From Candidatus Eiseniibacteriota bacterium (GTDB lineage Bacteria > Eisenbacteria > RBG-16-71-46), in NCBI GenBank assembly GCA_963717935.1, contig CAVQXP010000004.1:2048001-2112000 (forward strand): a stretch of DNA of 64,000 nucleotides. Reading direction: 5' to 3'. The notes below the pieces were generated by a model. That model worked only from the letters and a program-made list of their open reading frames with translations, made no database searches and was not told the DNA's origin. The position numbers were made by a program, and so were the translations under genes. This document shows positions 14,243-26,872 of this stretch, one piece after another (within the stretch, counting starts at the first letter, position 1; each line of letters opens with the position of its first letter).

Positions 14243-15375
14243 ATGGCGCACGCCTACACGCCCGGGACTCCGGGTGACCGCGCGCACCGTCGTGCGCCGC
14301 GAGCGACGGCTGCCGCTGAAGGGGCACGTCCTGGTCAAGGCTCGGCGACGCCGTCGGCCCCCAGGACGTCGTGGCGCGCACCGAGCTGCCCGGGAACGTG
14401 CAGACCATGAACCTGGCCTCGCGGCTGGATGTCGATCCCGCCCGGGTCCCGCAGGCCCTCCGCAAGCCGCTCGGCTCGGACGTGCGCGCCGGGCGAGGTG
14501 CTGGCCGGGACGCGGGGATTCTTCGGGTTCGCCCGGCGCAGCGTCGTGGCGCCGGCCGACGGCTTCCTCGAGAGCGTCTCGTCCGTGACCGGGCAGCTCG
14601 TCCTGCGCGAGCCGCCGATCCCGGTCGAGGTCAGCGCCTACGTACGCGGCATCGTGGTCGAGGTGCTGCCGGACGAGGGCGTGATCGTGGAGGCGCGCGG
14701 CGCTCTCCTGCAGGGCATCTTCGGTGTGGGGGGCGAGACCTGGGGCGCGGTGGCGCTGGCGGTGGACTCGCCCGATGCCGAGCTGACGCCGGGGCGCCTG
14801 CGGCCCGAACACCGCGGGCACGTGGTCGTCGGCGGCGCGCTACGTCAGCCTACGAGGCCCTCATGCGCGCACGCGCGCTGGGCGTCGCGCGCGGTGGTGG
14901 CGGGCGGCATCGACGACCTCGGACCTGCGGCAGTTGCTGGGGCACGAGCTGGGGGTGGCCATCACCGGCTCGGAGAACCTCGGCCTCACGCTGGTGCTGA
15001 CCGAGGGCTTCGGACGGATCCGCATGTCGGACCGCGCCTGGGACCTGCTCGGCGCTCGTGCCGGCCGCCTGGCATCGGTCAGCGGCGCGACGCAGATCCG
15101 TGCCGGGGTGCTGCGCCCCGAGGTGCTGATCCCCGAGTCCGACCCCGGCACGGCGCCCGTCGAGCGCGACACGGGCGCGGGGCTCGCACTCGGATCGCTG
15201 GTGCGCGTGATCCGCGCGCCGCACTTCGGACGCGTCGGCCAGGTGGTGGAACTCCCATCCGAGCTCAGGAAGCTCGAGACCGAGGCCATGGTGCGCGTGC
15301 TGGTCGTCGCCTTCCGGGAGGACGGGGCGCGCGCCGCTGGTCCCTCGCGCCAACGTGGAGATCATCGCCTCGTGA
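14243..15375 (+). CDS. Conserved-looking hypothetical protein with barrel-sandwich-hybrid-like repeats and C-terminal KOW-like motif (multiple frameshifts)
   Basis: Reconstructed across frames: MAHAYTPG..RRERRLPLKGHVLVK..VVARTELPG..GEVLA..VVAPADG..QGIFGVGGE..GVAITGSE..TEGFG..GATQIRAGVLRPE..GSLVRVIRAPHFGRVGQV..VPRANVEIIAS*. Confidence 0.8.
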
Positions 15376-15395
15376 GCCGGGCATCCCCGAAATCG

Positions 15396-15424
15396 TTGAC
15401 AGGGCGGGCGGGGCGTCTTAGGCT
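15396..15424 (+). promoter_or_regulatory. Sigma70-type promoter in front of the membrane-protein genes
   Basis: TTGACA-N17-TAGGCT. Confidence 0.7.
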
Positions 15425-15493
15425 TTCCGCACCCGCGTGCCCATTCGCTGCCGGCCGCGGCCTGGGCCCCGCACGTGCAACACGGAGGTCGCC

Positions 15494-16773
15494 ATGACGG
15501 GAGGGACGGCGTGCAACACCGCGCGGGCCTGACGGCCGTGGTCGTGCTGGTGGCGCTGCTCGCGCCGCCCGCCGCGCGCCCAGGTAACCGCCATGAGCGG
15601 AGCGCCGCCGATCATCGTCCCCGAGGCCGCGATCGCGAGCCCTCCTGCGCCGGCGCTCCTCCCGGGCGAGTTGCAGGCCCCCCATCCCGCCCGCAGCCTC
15701 ACCTGGACGGACGCCCCGGACGACGCCGGACGCGCCGTGGACCTGTCCTGGGAGCCGTCGCCCGACGACGACGGGCTTCACGTGCTCGTGGACGGCTATT
15801 ACCTGATGCGCTCGGAGAGTCCGGGCGGGCCCTGGACCCTCGTGGACTCGGTCGCCGCCGGGGTGGCCACCTCCCGGGACCAGTCGGCGAGCCTCCGCCG
15901 CGACGTGGCCTACTTCTACCGCGTGGACACGCACGGCCCGGGCGGCGTCACCCCGGCCGGGAGCGTGACCGGGCCGGCCTTCGCGAGCGTCGCAGTGGTT
16001 CAACCACACGCGCTGGAGCGTGCTGCTGCTGACCATGTTCTTCTTCGGCTTCGTGCTGTTCTTCATCCAGAGCGCGCAGGGCGAGGGAAAGAAGCCCGTT
16101 CCTCCGGCGCATCCCCGGCATCGACGCCATCGAGGAGGCCATCGGCCGGGCGACGGAGATGGGGCGCCCGGTGCTCTACGTGCCCGGCGTGCAGGACATC
16201 GAGGACATGCAGACCGTGCAGGCGCTGATCATCCTCGAGAGCGTCGCGAAGACCACCGCCCGTTATCGAGACGCCGATCAAGGTGCCGGTCTCGTACCCC
16301 ATCCCGTTCACGATCGCGCAGGAGATGGTGAAGAGCGGCTACGTGCACGCCGGGCGCGCGGAACAGTACGACCCGGACAGCGTTCAGTTCGTCTCGCCCG
16401 AGCAGTTCGCCTACGTCGCGGCGAATCACCGGCGTGATGACGCGCGACAAGCCGGCCGCGCACATCTTCCTGGGGGCGTTCTTCGCGGAGTCCCTGCTGC
16501 TGGCCGAGAGCGGGCCACGCGACCGGGGCCATCCAGGTCGCGGGCACGGCGAACGCGAACCAGCTGCCCTTCTTCGTCGTGGCCTGCGACTACACGCTCA
16601 TGGGCGAGGAGTTGTTCGCGGCCAGCGCCTATCTCTCGGGCGAACCGAAGCTCGTGGGCAGCCTCAAGGGCGCCGACCTCATGAAGATCACCATCATCGT
16701 CCTGCTGGTGGTCGGCTGCGTGCTCGAGACGTTCGGGCAGCACGGCCTCACGCAGTGGCTGGCAACGCAATAG
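15494..16773 (+). CDS. Membrane protein: signal peptide, fibronectin-III-like domain, DUF6754-like domain (multiple frameshifts; start 15494 or 15511)
   Basis: Signal-like VVVLVALLAP; FN3-like VDLSWEPSPDD..GYYLMRS..YFYRV; TM; RRIPGIDAIEEAIGRATEMGRPVLYVPG; FLGAFFAESLLLAE; IQVAGTANANQLPFFVVACDYTLMGEELFAASAYLS. Confidence 0.8.
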
Positions 16774-16783
16774 GAGGCGAGGC

Positions 16784-17434
16784 GTGAAGCGCGAGATCCC
16801 GCTGTTCGTGACCGCCACGATCGGCCTCTTCATGATCCTGTCGTTCTTCGTGCCCCATCAACTGGTGAGCGTGCCCGCGGACTTCCTCCAGCAGAGCGCG
16901 ATCATCATCGTGGCCTTCGGCATCGTGCTGGGCGGGGCGAACCTGCTGCGCGTGAACCTCGAGGCGGTGGTCCGGCGCCAGCCCGACTGGCCGTACAAGC
17001 TCGTGCTCATCGCGGGGCTGGTCGTGACGGTCGCCCTCGGTCTCATCGAGGGCCGCGACTTCCAGGCGCCCGGCACCCGCTCGACCTGGATCTACGACCA
17101 CGTGTACTCCTCGATGAGCAGCGCGATGTTCGCCCTGCTGGCCTTCTTCATCGCGTCGGCGGCGTTCCGCGCGTTCCGGATCCGCACCGTGGAGGCCGCG
17201 CTGCTGGCGGCGGCCGCCTTCATCCTGATGATGGGGCGCGTGCCGCTCGGGGGCGTGCTCACGGCCGGGCTCCCGCGCGAGCTGCGGATCGAGACCCTCG
17301 CGCAGTGGATCCTGGACGTCCCGCAGAACGCCGCCAACCGCGCCATCCTCATCGGCGCGGCGCTGGGCGTGATGGCCACCGGCCTGCGCGTGATCCTCGG
17401 GATCGAGCGCAGCTACCTGAGCGGGGAGGATTGA
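16784..17434 (+). CDS. Hypothetical polytopic membrane protein (about 6 TM)
   Basis: Intact 216-aa ORF, AGGAGG RBS; MFALLAFFIASAAFRAFR, WILDVPQNAANRAILIGAALG, LRVILGIERSYL. Confidence 0.88.
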   Translation: MKREIPLFVTATIGLFMILSFFVPHQLVSVPADFLQQSAIIIVAFGIVLGGANLLRVNLEAVVRRQPDWPYKLVLIAGLVVTVALGLIEGRDFQAPGTRSTWIYDHVYSSMSSAMFALLAFFIASAAFRAFRIRTVEAALLAAAAFILMMGRVPLGGVLTAGLPRELRIETLAQWILDVPQNAANRAILIGAALGVMATGLRVILGIERSYLSGED

Positions 17435-17437
17435 GCC

Positions 17438-18273
17438 GTGAGCCTGGCCGCTTCCTTCGAGCGTCTGGACCGCCGCTGGATCTATCGGCATCATGGCGCT
17501 GCTCGTCCTCCTGCCGCTGCTCTGGCCCCTGAACCTGCCCGCTGGAGCCCTCGCCGCCGGTGCGCGCCTACCACGACGCGATCGCCGCATTGCCTCCCGG
17601 CAGCACCGTGCTGATGTCCTGCGACTTCGACCCGGCGTCGCGGCCCGAGCTCGAGCCCATGGCCCGCACGACCCTGCGGCAGCTCTTCCGCAGGCACTGC
17701 AAGGTCGTCGTGGTGGTGCTGTACCCGGGTGGCGCGCGCATCGTGGACGCGATCGTCCAGGACGTGGCGCAGAGAGTGCCGCCAGGTCGACGGCGTCGAC
17801 TACGTCAACCTCGGCTACAAGGCCGGGCAACGAGGCGGTCATGGTGCTCATGGGGCAGAGCATCGCGCAGACCTTCCCGCGCGACCACAACGGCCGCGAC
17901 GTGACGCGCCTGCCCGATCATGCGGTTGCTGCGAAACTACTCCAGCTGCGCCCTGCTGGTGAGCCTCTCCGTGGGCTACCCGGGCACCAAGGAGTACGTG
18001 CAGCAGGTGCAGGGACGCTTCCACATCCCCATCATCGCCGGCGTGACCGCGGTGTCCGCGCCGCACGCTCTACCCGTACCTGCAGAGCGGGCAGTTGCGC
18101 GGGCTGCTCGGCGGCATGGCCGGGGCTGCCGAGTACGAGGACCTGCGTTACGAGCGCGGCATGGCATCGCGGGGCATGGACGCGCAGTCGCTCGCGCACA
18201 TGTTCATCGCGCTGTGCATCGTGCTCGGCAACGTGGCGCAGTGGGAGCGCAAGCGGAAGGAGACGCGCGATGA
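17438..18273 (+). CDS. Hypothetical membrane-anchored alpha/beta protein (multiple frameshifts)
   Basis: Reconstructed: MSLAASFERLDRRWIY..DFDPASRPELEPM..GVDYVNLGYK..GYPGTKEYVQQ..IIAGVTAV..GLLGGMAGAAEYE..MDAQSLAHMFIALCIVLGN. Confidence 0.78.
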
Positions 18274-18947
18274 GCCCGCACCCGAGTCCCGACCCTGCGG
18301 CGTGTGGGTGGCGGCCGCGCTCACGCTCTGCGTCTTCAGCTTCCTCTACCGGGAGAATCCGTTCTATCGCTTCGCCGAGCACCTGTTCGTGGGCGTCTCG
18401 GCCGGGTACTACATCGTTCTGAACTTCTGGACCGTGCTCGTGGCGAACCTCTGGGATCCGCTCGTCGCCGCGTTCGACGGCCGGCAGGGCTCGCCGTTCG
18501 CCGCGCACCTCGGGGACTACCGCGCGTTCCTGCTGCTGCCCGCCCTGCTCGGCTTGCTGCTGTTCTCGCGCTTCCTGCCGCGCTACGCCTGGATGGCGCG
18601 CTGGTCGCTGGCGGTCATCATCGGGGTCTACGCCGGCCTCAAGACCACGGGCTTCGCCCAGGGCGACTTCGTGGCGCAGGTCCACGGCAGCATCCAGCCG
18701 CTCTGGACCGGCCACTGGGGCTCGAGCGTGAACGCGTGGATCTTCACCATCGGGCTCGTGACGTCGCTGCTCTTCTTCTACTTCAGCCGCGAGCAGAAGG
18801 GGGCGCTGGGCTCGGCTTCGCGTCGTCGGCGTCTTCTTCCTGATGGTCTCCTTCGGCGCGGGCTACGGCTACACGGTGATGTCCCGCATCTCGCTCCTCA
18901 TCGGGCGCTTCCAGTTCCTGCTGTTCGACTGGCTGGGCCTGCGCTGA
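18270..18947 (+). CDS. Hypothetical polytopic membrane protein (frameshifted)
   Basis: ATGA overlap at 18270; WVAAALTLCVFSFLYRENPFYRFAEHLFVGVSAGY..FFYFSRE..FLMVSFGAGYGYTVMSRISLLIGRFQFLLFDWLGLR*. Confidence 0.8.
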
Positions 18948-18966
18948 GCGCCGACCTCCGCCCGCG

Positions 18967-19756
18967 ATGATCCTCTGGTGCGACGGGGGCCACGATCCCG
19001 CCGAGAACATGCGGCGTGACACGGCACTCCTCGAGGCCGCAGCCGCGGGGGCAGAGCCGGTCCTGCAGGCTCTTCACGCTTCGTCCCCCCGGGCATCACC
19101 CTGGGCCGCGCGCAGGATCCCGGGCGCGAGCTCGACCTCGACCGGTGCCGCGCAGCCGGGGTCCCCTGGGCCGTGCGTCCCACCGGAGGCCGCGCCATCT
19201 ACCACGACGAGGAGTGGACCTACTCGCTGGCCGCCGCGGCTGGCCGACCCATCGTGGGGCGGCGGGCTGGAGGCGGCGTACGGAAAGGCCTCCGGCCTCC
19301 TGGTGGCCTCGCTCACGCGCCTGGGCGTGCCCGCCACGCTCACGCCCGGGGCGGCGCGCGGCGGACCTCGCGCCGCGCTCCGCCCGGGGCGCCGCAGCAC
19401 CGTGCTTCGCCTCGACGGCGCGCCACGAGATCGTGCTGGAGAGCGGCAAGCTCGTGGGCAGCGCGCAGCGGCGGACGGCGCGGGCATTGTTGCAGCAGGG
19501 AAGCGTGCTGCTCGGCCCCGCCCACCTGAGGCTGGCGGACTTCCTCGCGATCCCGGATTGCGCGCGGGAGCGCGTGCGCGCCGGCCTCGATCAGGCCTCG
19601 GCGCACGCCGGTCCGTGGCTGGGGCCACGGCCGCCGCTCGCGCGCTGGGCGGACGCCTTGCAGCCGGACCTGCCCGCGGGCACCCGCCGGATCGACGGCG
19701 AGAGCGGGCTGGCCTTGACGGGCGCCGGCATCCCGACACCGTCCCTGCTCGGTTGA
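18967..19756 (+). CDS. Lipoate-protein ligase A / octanoyltransferase (LplA/LipM family), frameshifted
   Basis: ENMRRDTALL, RPTGGRAIYHDEEWTYS, PCFAS, KLVGSAQRR, LLQQGSV. Confidence 0.88.
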
Positions 19757-19825
19757 CCCCCGACCCGGAGCGGTCGGATACTCGGGTTGCCTCACGCGCT
19801 CCCGCTCCTCCTGGAGGGCAGGAAG

Positions 19826-21614
19826 ATGGCCCACCGGCATGCGATCCGGATGGGACTGGCCGCGGCGCTCGTCGTGAGCTGCGGTGGCCGCTCCGGCCTG
19901 CGCCCAGCCCCTGCGCACCCCCATGCGCGAGGCGGGCGTCCCCGGGCGGCCGCTTCGTGATCGGCGTGACCAACGACGCCAGGACCTTCAATCCGATCAT
20001 GTCGAACGAGACCAACTCGAGCGACGGTGAGCGACCGGCTCTTCACGGCGCTGACCGAGTTCGACAACATCGCGCAGAAGCCGTCCCCGGCGCTCGCCCG
20101 GAGCTGGGAGGTGAGCCGCGGACGGGCTCACCTGGACGTGGCACCTGCGGCGGGGCGCGCGGTTCTCCGACGGGCATCCGATCACCGCGGAGGACGTCCT
20201 CTTCAGCTTCGCGGTGGCCTACGATTCGACCCTGCACCAGTCCATCTACGATCTGCTCACGCCGTACGGGCAGAAGCTGCAGGTCTCGGCCCCGGACTCC
20301 TACACCGTCGTGACGCGCGTCGCCCGGCCGCACGCCCTCCTGGTGCCGGCGGTGGGGGCCCTGCGCATCCTTCCCCGGCACGTGCTCGAGCCCGCCTGGC
20401 GGGCAGGCCGCTTCGCCTCGTCCTACGGCGTGACCACGCCCACCCGAGAGCCTGGTGACGAGCGGGCCCTGGAAGCTCAAGCAGTTCGTCCCGCGGGAGA
20501 AGACCGTCCTGACGCGCAACCCGTACTGGTTCGGCGTGGACGCCCGCGGGCGGCGGCTCCCGTACCTGGACGAGCTGGTCTTCCTCGTGGTCCCGGACCA
20601 GAACACCGCGGCCCTCAAGTTCCAGGCCGGCGAGGTCGACGGCATCGACAACGTGAAGGCGGAGGACTACGGGACCTTCGCCCGGAGGCAGACGCGCGGC
20701 GGCTACACGCTCCACGACCTGGGTGCCGCGCTGACGAGCAACTTCTTCTGGTTCAACCTCAATACGGTCAAGCAGCCGGGCGGGCAGGAAGCCGGTGGGC
20801 GCGCCGTTCGCGGACCCGGTCAAGCTACGCCTGGTTCTCCAGCCGCGACTTCCGTCGCGCGGTCTCCATGGCCATCGACCGCGATGCCATCATCCGCAGC
20901 GTCTTCTTCGGCGAGGGCGTGAAGAACTGGTCCCTCATGACCCCGGGCTACCGGCTCGTTCCACGACTGCGCGGTCACGGCCGCCTGCGACTACGACCCG
21001 CCGCGGGCGATGCGCCTGCTCGCCCGGCTCGGCTTCCGCGACCGCGACGGCGACGGCGTGATCGAGGACTCGAAGGGCAACCCCGTGCGCTTCACCCTCA
21101 AGACCAACGCGGGCAACGTGCGCGTCCAGATGGCCAACTTCGTGCGGGACGACCTGGCCCGGGTCGGCATCCAGTGCAGCGTGGCCGCGGTCGACTTCAA
21201 CACCTGATCGACAACATGCGCGAGGACTTCGACTACGACGCCATCCTGGCCGGCCTGGGCGCCGCGGTCCCGCCCGACCCGGCGATGTGCGGCAACTTCT
21301 ACCGCTCCAGCGGGCTCTCGCACTTCTGGAACGTCCGGCAGAGCGCGCCCGGAGACCGCCGGCAGAGGCTCGGCTCGACTGCCCTCTTCGGCGAGCTGCT
21401 CCTGCCCGCGCACTTGTCCGACCCGCCGGCAGCCTGAGCGCGCAGCATGGACCGGATCCTGGACGATCGAGTGCTGGCTCATCTGGCTGCCGACCATGAA
21501 GGTCAGAGCTGCCGGTGCGCGAACCGCTTCGGGAACGTGCACCCCACGATCCTGCCGCACCGCCTGCTCTGGAACATCGAGACGGTGTTCGTCAAGCCAC
21601 GGGGCCGGAGCTAG
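19826..21614 (+). CDS. Peptide/nickel ABC transporter substrate-binding lipoprotein, family 5 (heavily frameshifted)
   Basis: Lipobox AALVVSC; RTFNPI, ALARSWEVS, FSDGHPITAEDV, TSGPWKL, RNPYW, LPYLDE, FRRAVSMAIDR, GFRDRDGDG. Confidence 0.85.
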
Positions 21615-21652
21615 GGCCCGGGCCCTTGCGACCGCGGCCGACGCACCGGAGC

Positions 21653-22631
21653 ATGCGAACCTACGTCCTGCGCAGGCTGCTGCAACTCGATCCCGCTGCT
21701 GCTCGCCGTCGTCGTGCTCACCTTCGCTGCTCCTGAAGCTCGCGCCCGGGCGACTACCTCACGACCCTCGTCGGCGAATCCCCAGGTGCTCGGCCGCGAC
21801 GCTCGAGGCCATGCGGCACCGCTTCGGCCTCGACCGGCCCTGGACCGTGCAGCTCGCTCTCTACCTGAAGAACCTCGTCCTGCGCCTCGACCTCGGCGAG
21901 TCCTTCTCGCGCCACCGCCGGTGTTCGCGGTGCTGCGCGAGGGGCTGCTCGAACACGCTGCTGCTGGCCGCTGGCGGGCGCGCTGGTGACCTGGGGCGCT
22001 GGCCATCCCGCTGGGCGCCTGGGCGGCCGCGCGACAGGGCACCGCCGTGGACCGCACGCTCTCGCTGGTGGCCTTCATCGGTCTCTCGGTGCCGGAGGTG
22101 CTCTCGGGGCTGCTGCTGCTCATGCTCGCCGCGCACACCGGGTGGTTCCCGGTGGGAGGGATGCGCTCGCTCGACTGGGAGATCGCTGCCGCTCGCGGGC
22201 CGGGCGCTGGACGTGCTGCGGCACCTCGCGCTGCCCGGCGCTGGTCGTGGGGCTCGTGCCGCTCGCCGAGCCGCATGCGGCAGATGCGCTGCCAGCCTGC
22301 TCGACGTGCTGCGCCTCGAGTACGTCACGACCGCCCGGGCGAAGGGCCTCGACGAGCGCACGGTGGTGATGAAGCACGCGCTGAGGAACGCCTCAATCCG
22401 CTCATCACGCTCTTCGGCTACACGCTCGGGTCGCTGCTGTCGGGCTCGCTCGTCGCCGAGATCGTCTTCTCGTGGCCCGGCCTGGGACGCGTCACCTACG
22501 AGGCCATCCTGTCGCGCGACCAGTACCTGGTCGTCGGCTCGGTCCTGATGGCCGCGGTGGTGCTGGTGCTCGGCAACCTCGTCGCGGACCTGCTGCTCGC
22601 CGCGGCGGACCCGCGGATCCGCCATGAGTGA
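21653..22631 (+). CDS. Opp/Dpp ABC permease, OppB-like (frameshifted)
   Basis: MRTYVLRRLLQ, FGLDRP, LDLGESF, YVTTARAKGL, EIVFSWPGLG, NLVADLL..DPRIR. Confidence 0.88.
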
Positions 22632-23737
22632 GCCCGCCGCCGGCCGCCGCCACAATCGCCCGGGCGCGTGTTCTGGCGCCAGTTCCGCGCGCAACCCGCT
22701 CGCGCTCACCGGCGGCGCGCTGCTCGCGCTGTTCTACGCGCTCGCGCTCCTCGCGCCCTTCGTCGCCCCCTACCCCCAGGACGAGCTGGACCGCAGCCGC
22801 TTCTACCACCCGCCCGCAGGCGCCGCACTGGCGGGACGCCGGCGGGCCGGCTGCACCTGCGCCCGTTCGTGTACGCGACCGTGCCGGGTCCCGGCATCTT
22901 CGAGTACCGCGAGGACCGTTCACGCCGCTGCCGCTGCGCTTCTTCGTGCGCGGCTCGCCGCTACCGGCTGCTCGGGCTCGTGCCCACCGACCGGCACCTC
23001 TTCGGCGTGGACGCGCCCGGAGCGCGTGAACCTGCTCGGCACCGACCCGGCGGGCCGCGACGAGCTCTCGCGGCTGCTCTTCGGGGCGCGCGTCTCGCTG
23101 ACCGTCGGGCTCGTGGGCATCGCTCATCTCCTTCGCCCTCGGGCTGCTCCTGGGCGGCGTGTCGGGCTACCTCGGCGGCTGGGTGGACGGACTCATCATG
23201 CGCGTCGAGCGAGGTCCTGCTCAGCATCCCCGGGCTCTACCTGATCATCGCCCTGCGCTCGGTGTTCCCGGCCGAGCCTGCCGAGCCGGCAGGTCTACCT
23301 CGCCATCGTGGCCATCCTGGCGCTCATCGGCTGGGCCGGGCTGGCCCGCGTCATCCGCGGCATGGTGCTCTCCATCCGGCGCTCCGACTTCGTGACCGCC
23401 GCCGAGGCCCTGGGCATGAGCCGCATGCGCATCATCGTGCGCCACGTGCTGCCCAACACGCTGTCCTTCGTCATCGTGGCGGCGACGGTCTGGCCGTGCC
23501 GGGCTACATCCTGGGCGAGGTCTTTCTGTCCTTCCTCGGCGTCGGCGTGCAGGAGCCCAGCGCTTCGTGGGGGAACATGCTGCAGCAGGCGCGCAGTCTC
23601 ACCGTGCTCACGGACTTCCCCTGGCTGCTGTACGCTCCCGGCGTGGCGATCTTCCTGACGGTGATGGCCTTCAACTTCCTCGGCGACGGGCTGCGCGACG
23701 CGCTCGACCCGCGCCGGACCGGCGCAGGCAGGGCGGG

Positions 23738-23741
<4 letters not shown>
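22624..23741 (+). CDS. Opp/Dpp ABC permease, OppC-like (frameshifted)
   Basis: [76 protein letters not shown]. Confidence 0.88.
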
Positions 23742-25798
<2,057 letters not shown>

Positions 25799-26037
25799 CG
25801 CTCCGCCCGTCCCGGCAGGTTCCGTGAGCGGCGCCCGACACCGCCTCCCAGCCGAATTGCGGGTTCCGCCCCATCCGGAGGCCCCGACCCGGGGCTAAAC
25901 CCCCGCGGCCTCCCGGTCGCCCGAACACGATCCATCGGCGCCCCCCCCGCAGCCCACGTCGGGACCCACCGTAACGGATTGCTGCGAGGCGGCATGCGCC
26001 GAGCGCTGCGCGCCCGAGGGCGCAGCCCGGCACACGA

Positions 26038-26052
26038 CGGCACCGCCCTTGC
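26038..26052 (+). promoter_or_regulatory. Candidate sigma54 (-24/-12) promoter
   Basis: CGGCACCGCCCTTGC matches YGGCAC-N5-TTGC (GG-N10-GC). Confidence 0.45.
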
Positions 26053-26447
26053 GAACAGCTATCCATTGAGGCCGCCGACTCGACGGGGCCAGATGAGCGC
26101 CAGAGGGCGCGAGGTCCCGGGAAGCGGACGCCGACAACCGAATACGGTGTGTTCCCTGTGCGACTCGTGCTTCGCCGCCCCCATGGCTGATCCCCCTATC
26201 GCGAGCGAAGGAGTCTTGAGGACCGGCACACGGTCGATACGGGGAACCAATCTGAAGGGCCCTGGCCCGCGGGGACCACGCTTCGACCTCCGCCCGCGCC
26301 GCCAGGGCCCGCCTCTTCTATCGCCGCTCGCGGTTTCGCTCTCCCGGCTCGCCCGCCACCCTTCCCGGCGGGCCCGCGCAGGCCCGCCCACCGGTCATTC
26401 CCGCGCAGCGCCGGTACTTGCGGTCCTCCGCAGAGCTCTGCGACCCG

Positions 26448-26476
26448 TTGACCGCCCCACCCATCCCTGATAGCGT
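26448..26476 (+). promoter_or_regulatory. Sigma70-type promoter of BMC operon
   Basis: TTGACC-N17-TAGCGT with extended TG at 26468-26469. Confidence 0.6.
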
Positions 26477-26547
26477 TCCGCCCTCGGAGTGGGTCGAACG
26501 ACGCGCGGGCCGGCCTCTCAGCCCGCCAGGGAGGAGCCTCAGGGCTC

Positions 26548-26862
26548 GTGCCACGTGAAGCGTTCGGTCTGGTCGAGACGCGCGGGCTGGTCCCTGCCAT
26601 CGAGGCCGCCGACGCCATGTGCAAGACGGCCCGGGTCCGCCTGACGCGCTTCGAGATCACGCGCGACGCCCTGGTCACGGTCACCGTTCGCGGTGCGCTC
26701 GCCGAGGTCGAGGCAGCAGTGGCCGCCGGGGCTGCCGCGGCGGCGGGCAAGGGCACGGTGCTCGCGCGCCATGTGATTCCGGCGCCCGAGCGACAACTCG
26801 AAGAACCGATCGCGGGACCCCCGCCGGGTGCGGCGGCCCCCGGGAACGACACAACCCCCTAA
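26548..26862 (+). CDS. BMC hexamer shell protein (BMC-H), divergent, with Pro-rich C-terminal tail
   Basis: [50 protein letters not shown]. Confidence 0.9.
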   Translation: MPREAFGLVETRGLVPAIEAADAMCKTARVRLTRFEITRDALVTVTVRGALAEVEAAVAAGAAAAAGKGTVLARHVIPAPERQLEEPIAGPPPGAAAPGNDTTP

Positions 26863-26872
26863 GGAGAGTCCC

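Noticed and set aside
18095..18970. Single fused membrane protein as in the ORF track
   Set aside because: An ATGA overlap at 18270-18273 with an upstream AAGGAG indicates two genes joined by indel errors.
25979..26470. 163-aa ORF with CxxCxxC upstream of the BMC
   Set aside because: Atypical codon usage, no good RBS, low-complexity product; kept only as a note in the intergenic finding.
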